Source: Octopus bimaculoides (Eukaryota). Taken from it: a DNA stretch of 64,000 nt. Both the position numbers and the translations under genes were made by a program. The stretch covers positions 70,752,031 through 70,816,030 of the forward strand of contig NC_068988.1 in assembly GCF_001194135.2 (NCBI RefSeq), in the 5' to 3' direction. Positions 40,600 to 53,085 of this stretch are shown here, piece by piece. The notes under the pieces were generated by a model. It was given only the letters and a program-made list of their open reading frames with translations, was not told where the DNA came from and did not search any database. The first letter of the stretch is position 1, and every line of letters starts with the position of its first letter.

Positions 40600-40734
40600 C
40601 TCTAAGTTATAGTTTCTGTTTTTTGTCACTACAAGAAAATTGTAAGTAATGTTATTAAATTACTAACAACGAACCACTTTTTTTTTTTTTGATACATTAT
40701 TGGATAAGTTATCCGCTGTCTTTAGACATACAAT

Positions 40735-40869
40735 TTCAAAGCTGTATTTCTAATAATTCAAAGCTGTATTTCTAATAATTCAAAGCTGTATTTCTAATAA
40801 TTCAAAGCTGTATTTCTAATAATTCAAAGCTGTATTTCTAATAATTCAAAGCTGTATTTCTAATAATTC
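40735..40869 (+). repeat. Perfect 22-bp minisatellite, 6 copies
   Basis: TTCAAAGCTGTATTTCTAATAA at 40735, 40757, 40779, 40801, 40823, 40845. Confidence 0.97.
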
Positions 40870-41220
40870 TTAAGGTTTTATATCAGAAACGTAAAAAGTA
40901 TTATTTTAACAGTTTTTCTATTATACGACTGCTTCAACTGCATTAGGTATATTGATTTCAAATTTTGGCACAAAGCCAGCAATTTCGGGGAAGGTGATAA
41001 AGGGATCACATCGACCCCAGTCTTTAAAGGGTATTTTAACGACCCTGATGTGATGAAAGGCAAAATCGAGCTTGGCGGAATTTGAACTCAGAATGTTGAG
41101 ACAGATGAAATGCTGCTAGGCATTTTGCTCAGTGCAGTAACGATTCTGCCAGCCCGCCGCCTTAATTGCATTAGATATATTGGTTTCAAATTTTGATTCA
41201 AAGCTAACAATTTTATTGAT

Positions 41221-41400
41221 ATTACATTATTTACATTATCTACATTTGACGGATATTCGTCCTCATCTTGTTTGTTGTTAACACAACGTTTCGGCTGATA
41301 TACCCTCCAGCCTTCGTCAGGTGTCTTGGGGACGAATATCCGTCAAATGTAGATAATGTAAATAATGTAAATAATTCCTCATCTCTTAAATATAGAACTG
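41221..41400. mobile_element. 180-bp hammerhead-containing insertion with 41-bp inverted repeat and 12-bp TSD
   Basis: AATTTTATTGAT at 41209-41220 and 41401-41412; perfect IR 41222-41262 / 41330-41370. Confidence 0.85.
41280..41325 (-). ncRNA. Minimal type I hammerhead ribozyme (dimer-type)
   Basis: Minus: GACAC-CUGACGA-A-GGCUG-(10 nt)-CAGCC-GAAAC-GUU-GUGUU; palindromic AACGUU stem III. Confidence 0.8.
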
Positions 41401-41566
41401 AATTTTATTGATGTTGCATGTCTCTCTCAACTGATATACTGAAGCAAAAAATGGAAAACAAAGTCGACCTCCGAGGAATTTGAACTCAACGTAAAGACAG
41501 ACGAAATGTGGCTAAGTATTTTGTCCCGTGTGCTAACGATTCTCTGGTTCACCATCTTGATGATGG

Positions 41567-41597
<31 letters not shown>

Positions 41598-43125
41598 ACT
41601 CAAGTGAATGAGACACTGGGGTCGATTTCATTGACTCACCTCCATCTCCAAAATAGCTGGCCTTGTACCAAAATTTAAAAGAAATATTAAAGCCATCATT
41701 ATCGAAGATGTAGTTTGCTAAAAGAAGAAGTGAAATAAGGGGACATTCTAGCATTATATTATTTACAGCCAATGTCAACAAACGTTGTGTGTCTTTGTTA
41801 ACTGATATGCTGAAGCAAATATTTACACCTATTCAATATTTAGAACCACTTTTTGACGTAATCAAATACAAATATTGATTCTCTCACAAAGTGATAAACC
41901 ACAAAGGATTACAGTTTCCCTTTCAACACCAACACCAAGAAAATGACAGTGAGTATGAAAACACACACACACACACACATACATACATACATACATACAT
42001 ACATACATACATACATACATACATACGCAATACTGAACGAACATTTATAAAATTATGAATTACTTAGAGCAAGGATACAAGCCTATACAGTGAAAAAAAA
42101 TAAACTCAAATAACTAACCTGAAGTTCACGATATTGAAGATAAGAGATTGAAAAATATTCTACATCATAAAGTATATTCTCTAATTCTCTTAAAGAAACC
42201 TATCATTAATTCTTATCTGTTATCATAGTTCATATAATACGGCGTTGGAATTTTATTAAATGTGACTCTTTAAGCTATTAACAAGGAATAACTTTTTTAG
42301 TTTCACTAATTACTAATTTGGTTGCCTTTTATTTGCTTGTACTGTGATAAACTCTCAAAACAATTGTTCTATCTTTTCTCAAAATATTGCTCTTTCTTTT
42401 CTCCAATTTCAATCAATAATCACAGTCATTACTTGATGCAGGAGAATGAATTATAGTGGGACATTATTCAAATGACAGTTATATAGAACTATGCATAGAT
42501 AGAGGAAGTAAATAAAAGGTTGTAGACAGTGAAAGAAGTCAAACGTATGTACAAATAATGCTTGAGAATAAAGCAAAGATCAGAGACACAAAGGAAAGGT
42601 GATAGAAAGGACAGAGAGAGGGAAAAGGAATACACACACACATACACACACATAATTAGATACGAGAAAGAAGAGAAAGGAAACAGGGAAACTGTGTTAG
42701 TATGTAAAACAGAAACATAGCGTAATGATAAATATGAAACAAATTCAGAAATAGCAACGAAAACATCGGAAATATGACTGGACTAATTGGTGGGAGTGAC
42801 AGATACGCAGAAATGAAAAATAAATGAAAAACATTAGATTAAGATAAGAGAAAGAGACATGATAGATACGAAAAGAAGCAAATATAGAACATACGAGCAT
42901 AGAGTATGTCGGGGGTAGGGATTCATGAAATCTAGTTAACTTTTCATATCGCTGATGCAAGCAAACTTAAATGAAACGTATTTAGTAAGACCAGTTATGA
43001 GTTGTGTTCAAAGATCACCATGTTCCCTAATCAACAACATAATTAATGCCATCCAAACACTAATTTTGAAAGGACATTAACCGAATTGAATAATTTTCTT
43101 TATAACATATACGCGTATGCTTATG

Positions 43126-43168
<43 letters not shown>

Positions 43169-43214
43169 GCAAGATTTTTGATGTGAAATCGTGTGTTGAA
43201 ATACAAAATACAAA

Positions 43215-43383
43215 ATGGCTGATATTTAGCAAGGTGAGACACACATAAGAAGGAAGGAAACAAAGGACCACTGATGAGGTCACAGAAGTGTGACGAAAGA
43301 ACTCTGGCTGAAATAAGATTAAGATTAATGTAATATAAAGCTGAAGCAAATTAACACCAAATATACAGTGCGTGTGTTTTTAT
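43215..43383 (+). mobile_element. Short hammerhead-containing repeat, copy 2 (truncated by gap)
   Basis: Near-identical to the reverse complement of 4618-4785. Confidence 0.85.
43265..43309 (+). ncRNA. Type I hammerhead ribozyme, minimal stem III
   Basis: GGACCA-CUGAUGA-G-GUCAC-AGAAGU-GUGAC-GAAA-G-AA-CUC-UGGCU. Confidence 0.75.
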
Positions 43384-44693
43384 NNNNNNNNNNNNNNNNN
43401 NNNNNNNNNNNNNNNNNNNNNNNNNNNNNNNNNNNNNNNNNNNNNNNNNNNNNNNNNNNNNNNNNNNNNNNNNNNNNNNNNNNNNNNNNNNNNNNNNNNN
43501 NNNNNNNNNNNNNNNNNNNNNNNNNNNNNNNNNNNNNNNNNNNNNNNNNNNNNNNNNNNNNNNNNNNNNNNNNNNNNNNNNNNNNNNNNNNNNNNNNNNN
43601 NNNNNNNNNNNNNNNNNNNNNNNNNNNNNNNNNNNNNNNNNNNNNNNNNNNNNNNNNNNNNNNNNNNNNNNNNNNNNNNNNNNNNNNNNNNNNNNNNNNN
43701 NNNNNNNNNNNNNNNNNNNNNNNNNNNNNNNNNNNNNNNNNNNNNNNNNNNNNNNNNNNNNNNNNNNNNNNNNNNNNNNNNNNNNNNNNNNNNNNNNNNN
43801 NNNNNNNNNNNNNNNNNNNNNNNNNNNNNNNNNNNNNNNNNNNNNNNNNNNNNNNNNNNNNNNNNNNNNNNNNNNNNNNNNNNNNNNNNNNNNNNNNNNN
43901 NNNNNNNNNNNNNNNNNNNNNNNNNNNNNNNNNNNNNNNNNNNNNNNNNNNNNNNNNNNNNNNNNNNNNNNNNNNNNNNNNNNNNNNNNNNNNNNNNNNN
44001 NNNNNNNNNNNNNNNNNNNNNNNNNNNNNNNNNNNNNNNNNNNNNNNNNNNNNNNNNNNNNNNNNNNNNNNNNNNNNNNNNNNNNNNNNNNNNNNNNNNN
44101 NNNNNNNNNNNNNNNNNNNNNNNNNNNNNNNNNNNNNNNNNNNNNNNNNNNNNNNNNNNNNNNNNNTTATATTATATTATATTATATTATATTATATTAT
44201 ATTATATTATATTATATTATATTATTATATTATATATTTGAAATTTTTACTCCTTCCGTATTAATTTTTATTCGTATTAATTTTAACTTTCTTAACTTCT
44301 ATGAAATGATATTCACGTGTATTGCTTTATACCTTTAACTCAGTTTTTTTCAGTTCCAACATATCGGTTGAAACAATATATTCGTGTATAAAAATTTTAT
44401 ACTATGTGCTATATTTTTAATTATTTATTATTTCTTCTTGCGTTATTTTTCTTGCGTTATTTCTTCTTATTCCTTATGTTTGACGGATTATGCTGTATTT
44501 CTTATATATGTTTATTGAGGGGTTGTGATATGTTGAGTCGTTAACCCAGTCTTTTTATTCTTTAACTAATATTTTACTCTTGTCTCAGTTATTCTGATCA
44601 CTTCTCCTTGCAGCCCTGTATAAAATCTATTGGTTTCCTAATAAGAAACCATTAATATTATATATTTATATATATATACACATACATATATAT

Positions 44694-44876
44694 GTATGGC
44701 TATGTGTTAAGACGTTTTCTTCCCAACCACATGGTTCCACGCTCAGTTACACTGCGTGGCACGTTAGGCAAGGGTGTATTCTACTATAGCCCCAATCCGA
44801 CCAAAGCCTTGTGAGTAGATTTGGTAGACGGAAACTGAAAGAAGCCTGTCTTATATATATATATATATATATATAT
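44694..44876 (+). mobile_element. tRNA-derived SINE family A
   Basis: TGGCTATGTG...CCCAACCACATGG...CCGACCAAAGCCTTGTGAGTAGATTTGGTAGACGGAAACTGAAAGAAGCC plus (TA)n. Confidence 0.85.
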
Positions 44877-45989
44877 AATTATGTGTATTTCTTCTATCTT
44901 AATGAATAAAAATTCTTCTGATAGAATAAATGGGTTAATAGAAACCAATGTAGCAAAGAACATAAAATAACTGTGGTTTAGTTCCTGTTTTTAAGGCAGG
45001 AACTCCTTGAAATTTTGGGTATTTGAGTATATTAACAATTTTAATATCAAAGATCCCTATGGATCACACAGGTTGTAATCCTTTGAAACATATGTAGGAA
45101 TAAAGTATGCANNNNNNNNNNNNNNNNNNNNNNNNNNNNNNNNNNNNNNNNNNNNNNNNNNNNNNNNNNNNNNNNNNNNNNNNNNNNNNNNNNNNNNNNN
45201 NNNNNNNNNNNNNNNNNNNNNNNNNNNNNNNNNNNNNNNNNNNNNNNNNNNNNNNNNNNNNNNNNNNNNNNNNNNNNNNNNNNNNNNNNNNNNNNNNNNN
45301 NNNNNNNNNNNNNNNNNNNNNNNNNNNNNNNNNNNNNNNNNNNNNNNNNNNNNNNNNNNNNNNNNNNNNNNNNNNNNNNNNNNNNNNNNNNNNNNNNNNN
45401 NNNNNNNNNNNNNNNNNNNNNNNNNNNNNNNNNNNNNNNNNTATATATATATATATATGTATGTATGTATGTATGTGTGCGTGTTTATGTGAGGTTACCA
45501 TTTCATAGGAGGTCAAATGATTTTAGTATCAATGTATTTTATTCAAATCAACAAGTCCGACAAAATATAGTCTGTTACGTTTGGAGGAGTAAAACGACTA
45601 AACTTGTAAATGAGGAAAGGCTCTTTACATTATATACAGAAATATAGATAGAAAAACAGTTATACACCAAGTTACTTCCCGCTATCTACATCAGCTGCTT
45701 CCACCTTAACACAATCGTCAATCACCATGACATCCGTAATAGTGTGATATGTAACAGTGTGTGTATGTGCGTGTGCGTGTGTGGGTGTATGTGTGTGTGT
45801 AAGAAAAGGGCATAGTTTGCTTGAAGCATTATGAAAACAAGAAAACAATAACGTTGGAAAATTCTTACAACGTGAATTATTTTACAAGAGACAATTAATT
45901 ATTTATTAAATCGTTGCATTTCAAGTAAACCTCTCATCTACAGAGAGAAAATGCAGTAAGAGAATAATCTGCAAACCGAGATCACCGAG

Positions 45990-46254
45990 TATTGTCTTGG
46001 GCGGAAGTATTGGCAATAACGTTGGCATTGGAGGAAATAATAATGGCGGAGGTAGAAGCCGCAGGTGTGATAAGTGTGGAAATTCTGGCAGCAACAGTGT
46101 GGTCCTTATGCTGACTGTTGTTGCAGTAACACTATCAGTGCTGGTGATGACCGTGACAGCAACAGAGGTAATGTTGCTTCCAGTAGTAGCCTCATCAATA
46201 GCGACAGCATTGGTAATTTGGTAAAGGCAGTAGCAGTGGCATTGTCTGAAGTAC

Positions 46255-46308
<54 letters not shown>

Positions 46309-46360
46309 GAACGACTGCTCTAGTATCCAAGCAGTAGTACCAGCAGCAGTTGTGGAAGTA
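45990..46360. repeat. Low-complexity triplet region with (GTA)n
   Basis: (GTA)n at about 46253-46307 amid GCA/GTG-rich flanks. Confidence 0.85.
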
Positions 46361-46419
46361 ATAGCGGGATGCATGGTTATGCTAAAATGGTGGTAGATTA
46401 CTTTTCGACCTGTGTCGAT

Positions 46420-47480
46420 GATTTATTTGATCCTAGAATTACCTATGTTCTACTCCTATGCTTGGATGCTTTATTATTGGTGTTCCGCATTTCAAGATGT
46501 GTTTGAAGGAGTATGATACACGAACTGTGAAGTTCTCCTTCAACCGGATGTAAAGTGGCGTTATCGCGTTGAAAGGGTAATAACTGCTGCGATTGGTATT
46601 CTGTTGTTGATATAAAACACATATGAATTGCCACTTGTTCTTGTCACAGATAGGTTAGTTACAATGCATGGCTACGAGTCGCTGTGAGTTTGGGTGGTAG
46701 ATAAGCGTTTCCAAAATGATTGTCTGAAGTAGGTTAAACGTTTATTGAGTTCTTCTCTGAATATATCATATGGATAGCAGCAATTATCATTTCGTTAAAT
46801 TGTGGTATGCTCAGGGAGCAAGCGCTTGTGGATTTGTAGATTTTGCTCCGTTTTCTCGGTTTCAGGTGCTGGAGTTGGCTGATTAAAAGAAAAACAAGTA
46901 TTTGTTTATTCCAAGTAGCCCGAGCATTTGCGTGTTGTAGTCAATGTAGTTTCTTATATTCATGCCCCTATCTTGGAAACTGGTGATTTTATTACGTATA
47001 AATCTAGTTTGGGCGTTGATAGAGAAAGCCAACTAAAAATGCACGAAGAGGTCTCTCATAGTCACTTTCGAATAGAATTCCATCTTGATTGCCCTTCCTT
47101 CCGTAATGTTCAGTAAGAACAATAGAGGGGATGTCCAATCGTAAATTTATGTATTCGTCAACGTTGTTGAATTTGCTGAACATTCTACTGATCTCTGCAA
47201 GAGAAGACGGGCGAATGAGGATATCAACTATATACCTTGTGAAGATGGTTCATGATTAATAGGTATTAAACGTCATGCGACCAGGAAATGTTGACCAGAA
47301 CGAATATGTTGCATCTGATGTCCTTAAGCGAATCGGGTTCCAGATGAAAGAGTGTTTAGATGACTTCTGAGCTTTTGAGACCCAGACAAAGTTGCTAGAA
47401 GAGTTCTGTAGAGAGGAGCCAGGAGAGTTTGTATTGAGGTATTTCAAATATCAATGAGCCCCAGTGTTGATGGGCTAAAT
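46420..47480 (-). mobile_element. Second Penelope-like RT/GIY-YIG remnant, highly decayed
   Basis: Minus IFTRYIVDILI (YVDD-like), MEFYSKVT..LFVHF (YRKPT..H-like), TPLYIRLKEN (R.L..R..EH-like). Confidence 0.5.
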
Positions 47481-47582
47481 ATTTTTGCATAAATATGATA
47501 AAACCCACATATACCTACACACATACGTTCATACATATATATGAATAAGTATGTGTGCATATATATATATATATATATACAC

Positions 47583-47619
<37 letters not shown>

Positions 47620-48379
47620 NNNNNNNNNNNNNNNNNNNNNNNNNNNNNNNNNNNNNNNNNNNNNNNNNNNNNNNNNNNNNNNNNNNNNNNNNNNNNNNNN
47701 NNNNNNNNNNNNNNNNNNNNNNNNNNNNNNNNNNNNNNNNNNNNNNNNNNNNNNNNNNNNNNNNNNNNNNNNNNNNNNNNNNNNNNNNNNNNNNNNNNNN
47801 NNNNNNNNNNNNNNNNNNNNNNNNNNNNNNNNNNNNNNNNNNNNNNNNNNNNNNNNNNNNNNNNNNNNNNNNNNNNNNNNNNNNNNNNNNNNNNNNNNNN
47901 NNNNNNNNNNNNNNNNNNNNNNNNNNNNNNNNNNNNNNNNNNNNNNNNNNNNNNNNNNNNNNNNNNNGCGTCTGCTGTTAATCATCTGAATTGGTTAGTT
48001 TTTCATTGTTTTTTCTTCTTGTTTTTACTTTTGTGAGTTACAAGTGATGCTATCTGTGAGATTCTCAGCTTTTTTAGCTGCTATTTTCTGAACTTCGGTA
48101 TATGGTGAAGCAAATATTTTGCTGATCCCTTAATTATATTTATAAATATATGAACTTTTGAATAAGTTCTCCATCAATAATGGTGCTTTCATACCGATGG
48201 GCTTGGTAAAAATTATTAATTGTTAATTGATTTATTAATTAATAAATTGATAACCCTTTACCCTTTTAATTTGTAATAATATATATATATATATATACAT
48301 ATAATTTTAATCCTTCAGCTATTTAATTATCTTGGGGATATGCAACTGCCTATATTATTGATTCTGTTATTTTCATTTT

Positions 48380-48730
48380 TTTCAATAGTTACACTGGATA
48401 ATAACAGAATTAATGATATCCTCGCAAATTAACTTTTCGGGAATTATTTTTCTGGTGAATCGTTTGCTCCGTATCGAGATTGTTTTCACACTAGTGTCGG
48501 GTATGATTTTGGCGCAAAATTAATCAGTTGCAGCGCAGACTTCAAAACGACAGGTTGGGAGTCCCTTTCATGGTAACGCGTACTGAGGAAGCTAAGGCTA
48601 TTTTTGCCATTGCAGAAAATAGTACACGTGAGTCCAAATGCTTAAATGTACGTTGGGAGATTGTCTTAACTTGATTTGCTTTCGGTTGATTTCTGTAGTT
48701 ATCATCAGTGCATTTTGGCGATTTAAATAA
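48380..48730 (-). mobile_element. Possible CR1/L2-type LINE C-terminal remnant
   Basis: Minus FKHLDS, SLSFLSTR..RD, RFTRKIIP resemble post-RT motifs. Confidence 0.4.
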
Positions 48731-50199
48731 GAGTTTTGACTACTATTTCCAGTAGGTAGACATAGTATGTCCTTTGATTAATTTTAATCCTTCAGCTATA
48801 TATATGAATATATAATATATACACACACAGACACGTTTTTATTTATATAAAGAGTTTGAATCAAAGATGAATGACTTTAAGCTCCACTGATGGAAAAGTG
48901 CCTGATCGTTCAAATGCTTCCTTCTACTAATATCAATATTTGACCACTTTGCTACATATTGATTCCTTTTTCCTTTTGTTTCGTCTTCTTTCTCTAGCGC
49001 TCAAAAGTGAACAGGCATGTGCATTTGTGTGTGTGTGTGTGGAAGTATGTGTGTATATGCATATGTGCGTTTGTGTGTGAGGACTTTGTAAGTATTATTA
49101 GTTATAGTGCAGAGGCGGTGAGCTGACAGAATTATTAGCACACCGAACAAAATGTGTGGATTTAGAATATGAAGACAGGCAAAATGTCTAGCAGCATTTA
49201 GAATTATTACGTATACTATACTTCTAGGAATGAAGTAAAACGTGCACTCAGTACATTTCCTAGAGTCAATATACACTATAATGGTTGTAGTTGCACATTC
49301 CGATATTCAAATTTCAGAAACCTGAGCATAGATAATCCTCAAACTTGGATGGCTCATGGAGACAAAACATTTCCAGTTGCTTCATATATAAATTATTTCC
49401 CTGTAAAGTGCAAGTAATTTTACCACAAGAACCCGGTTCTGATACCCACAGTTAAATGAATGACGTAGAGGAACTATCTTGCTCTGAAACACAATGACAC
49501 GCATTAAGAAAATTGAAAGCATTTCTTGCGAGACGATAAGGAAATAGTACGACTATTCGACTATCTTGCAGAATTTTTTTAGACTACTATGTTACTGGAA
49601 AAAATACATTCTAAACCTATCAATTTTCAGAAGAAAGTTATAAAGAAGAAATATTATAAACTTTGACACCCTGTAGGAATTTTCCGATAAAATAATTTAA
49701 AGCATATATCCACCGTAGAAATATGAGTTTAAAGAAAACATTGGCAACAGAAAAAAGAACAAAAGACTATCAATAAAGTTTAGACAAATAGAAGTACTTT
49801 AAATGTATCAAAAATATCGTCAACAACTGAGTGTAGTATTAGAAGAGAACAATGTTGAGAAAGGTAATTTCAAATATACAGAATACTAGTGATCTGAATT
49901 CTTTAGACTTGATATATAACTGATATATTAAAAAGCCAAAAACACTTATCTCTGTAAAATGCATTCCATTAGATTCAAATGAATAGCTACATCAAAATAT
50001 GACTAACAATTTGTAACAAGATAAATCACTCTACAAACTTGTGTTTATATTATTAGTAAACAATGTCCCTTTATGTTCAAATAACTTCTGTGATAAGATA
50101 AAGCAATAAGTCGAATTTGTTCATTACTCGAAATGTATCGGAATTATTTCTTTAACCGTTTTAGAGATATCTCCCCACTGTTGCAGGAAATCCATAGGT

Positions 50200-51240
50200 T
50201 ATTAGTTTATTAATTTTATCGCCAATAGTATTTGAGAACAATTAACAGTATAATACTCTCTTCAAACCACTAGAAGATTTTTAATTTTTCAGATTTCCAC
50301 ACTCCATAGCAAATAAAATGTTCGCACAAGAAATGGAAGGACATGCCGTCATTGTTGCCATATGTACACTATGTTACGATTTCTAACTTTGCAACTTTCT
50401 AAATGTTGCAAGATCTTTTGTACACAATTGGAAATCTTTGGAAAGAGTGTTTCAACTTTATCAAAGGCAAAGAATATTCTAAACGTTCGGATGCTACAAG
50501 GACGCCAAAATTCACCCAACGGATTCAAAATATCGATGACGATCCAAAAAATCAATGAAGATCATCGCCATAAATTTCAGGTGTCAGAGTGAACTAACAG
50601 AATTGTGATGCATAAGGACATTCGATATATACCATGTGTACTGGGGATAAGGCCATATCATAGCTACAAAAACAGGAAAACAATTTGATTTGTGCCAGGC
50701 AAGTATTTCATGAGGTTAGACCCCATTCATCAAGAACATAGCATGCTTTGATTCTGTTATGATGAGAAAAAGTTTTCAGGAGATAAGACACATTATGTGC
50801 AGATCATTCCCATGATTCTAGTGTAATACACAACATTTCCAGCAACTATGATGGTTTTAGGGGGAGTAACAAATGTCATGTCACATCACTTCACAGCTTC
50901 CCACGTTGTTTTTCTTTAATTAATACTGCTGCATAAACTGAGGTACTGGGGACAGTTGCAAATCACTTGATGAATGAAGTATGCAGTAGAAGGCCATACA
51001 TGTTTCAACCAGACACAGCACCTTGTTACACAGCCCACAGCACCCAAGAATGGATGTCATATAATCTTATTATGATTGATCATATAACACCAAACTATGG
51101 TTCTCCAAACTCCTCACAGACTCCAATGTTTGAAAAGTTGTTGAAAGGGTGACTAAACTGACATTGTCACACACTCATAGCTTTGCTGAATGTGAATTTA
51201 TAAAATAATATAAGAAAGCTTATCGAGGACACGCGCTCAT
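50200..51240 (+). mobile_element. DD37D (maT-like) transposase remnant
   Basis: RSDATRTPKF...VMHKDIRY; RPYMFQPDTAPCYTAHSTQEWM; homologous to 62276-63545. Confidence 0.75.
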
Positions 51241-51280
51241 TTTTTATTAAAATACATTTTCTAGATTAGATTTATCATCA

Positions 51281-51283
<3 letters not shown>

Positions 51284-51342
<59 letters not shown>

Positions 51343-51534
51343 GTTGTTGTTGTTCAGTAGTTTTATTTTTATAACGTGCTTTCACTTCACTACCGAGCGC
51401 AGCTCTGTGTGCCTTGGGTATGTGCTGTGGTTTGCTGTGATGCTCTTATGGATACTGTATTGAAAGTGTTTTGCGTAGGATGTGTGCAGTGCCCAGTAGT
51501 GCAATTTTCTGTATGTTATATATATATATATATA

Positions 51535-51594
<60 letters not shown>

Positions 51595-51595
51595 G
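51284..51595 (-). mobile_element. 3' end of R4/Dong-like LINE within (TAA)n tracts
   Basis: Minus NIQKIALLGTAHILRKTLSIQ then 3' UTR and (CAA)(TAA)n. Confidence 0.8.
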
Positions 51596-52779
51596 TGACT
51601 AGATATATCCTCAAATATCTCTCGCGCACTGTCTCGTATTCTGTTTGCCTGGGAAACCAGCTCTTTCATGATTCAAATTTATTCTAAATATATCTATATC
51701 ATGTATAATAATTTCCCTGCGCTGAATGTGCTATTCATTGGAAGGCAATTCGAGAGGACTAATGTTAACAAAATATTATGCAAACAAGAGGCCAAAAGAA
51801 ATAACACTTGTATAGGCAAAGATTGAGAAAATACCTACACCATTCAACTACGGTCGTAGTTGAATAATATTCTTAAGGCCGCAATTTACTCACACACAGC
51901 ATCTTTCAGAGCTTGTCGCTAATTCAGTTTTTAACCAAATAGAAAACCGTTCACATTTTTGAGAAGAACAGGTCCCTAGCTACATTTTGGCATACAAATA
52001 TTGAGATTTGATTCATTAGAAAAAAGTTTAGATCAAAATTTGTAGCAGTGTAATAGGAGAGTAAGTAATGCCACTAATCTAGTTCAGATCTAAATAACTT
52101 TTTTTTTTTTTTGAAAGCAAAATATATTTATCTTAGCTTTAATGTTAGAAGAAAGCGTGAGGAATTTCATAGTTTTGGTCCCATGCAACAAAAAATTGGA
52201 TAAAAAAAAGTCGTGAGATAAAATATCATGAAAAGAATATAAGTAATGCAAAAATTTGTATTTAAGTATAACTCTATTTTATTTTAAAAGCAAACTATAT
52301 TTTAATTAAGCTTAAATTATAGAGCTCAGTTCAGGGAATTTCATAGTATCAATTTCATGCAATGAAGTTTCAAAAGAAAAAATTCGAGTTGTTGTTTCTC
52401 AAATTTGAGGGTGATGATGTAGTTCTATACTTTTTTATGAATATAGGTCTAGGGGACTTTTAATATATGTCACCGGCATCATTGAGGTAAGGAAGAAAAT
52501 TATCAACGACACTGCTAATTGATACATTTGACACATTAATTAGCATGATAGCATATCCTGAACAAAAACATGTATTATATAGAAAAATGCAAACAAGAGA
52601 ATAATATTCTTAAGATTATAAATCTGGAAAAGTACAGGACAAATTATTACACTTGGAAAAGTTCAAGACAAATTATTACATTTAGTAAAGTATAGAACAA
52701 GAAAACTTTTACTTCTAGTGAATGGGATGAAGATCTAGGTTCCATGCGAAAGTTGGCATAACAGGGAGCCATCTTAGTC

Positions 52780-53085
52780 TCTATGATCACCTTATGAGTT
52801 TATGAACAAAAACTCCCTTATTCCTACTTCACCTGCCTGTCCGTCACCCGTTCACCTGGTATATATTGCCATGTATTGCCATGGTTTGCGAAACCTCCGT
52901 TCGGGTGATTTTCCTGGGTCGCTATCTCGCACTTTTACACCAAAACGTCACAAGGTTACGGCTGAGTAGACTGGAGCAATGTAAAATGAAGTATTTTACT
53001 TAAGAGCCTAACGCACAGCCGGTATGGGAATCGAAACCATGATCTCACAATCGTGAGTGCAACACCCTAACCGTTAGCCATACTA
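52780..53085 (-). mobile_element. tRNA-derived SINE (diverged)
   Basis: GAGTAGACTGGAGCAATGTAAAATGAAGT central block and GGGAATCGAAACC...CCCTAACC head. Confidence 0.7.

Larger units (their letters stand above)
40945..41690. mobile_element. Cluster of SINE family B copies (40945-41163 -, 41178-41555 - interrupted, 41607-41690 + partial)
   Basis: Recurrent TGGTTTCAAATTTTG and GGAATTTGAACTCA motifs. Confidence 0.75.

Noticed and set aside
40735-40869. CRISPR-like regular repeat
   Set aside because: Units are contiguous with no spacers, in a eukaryotic context.
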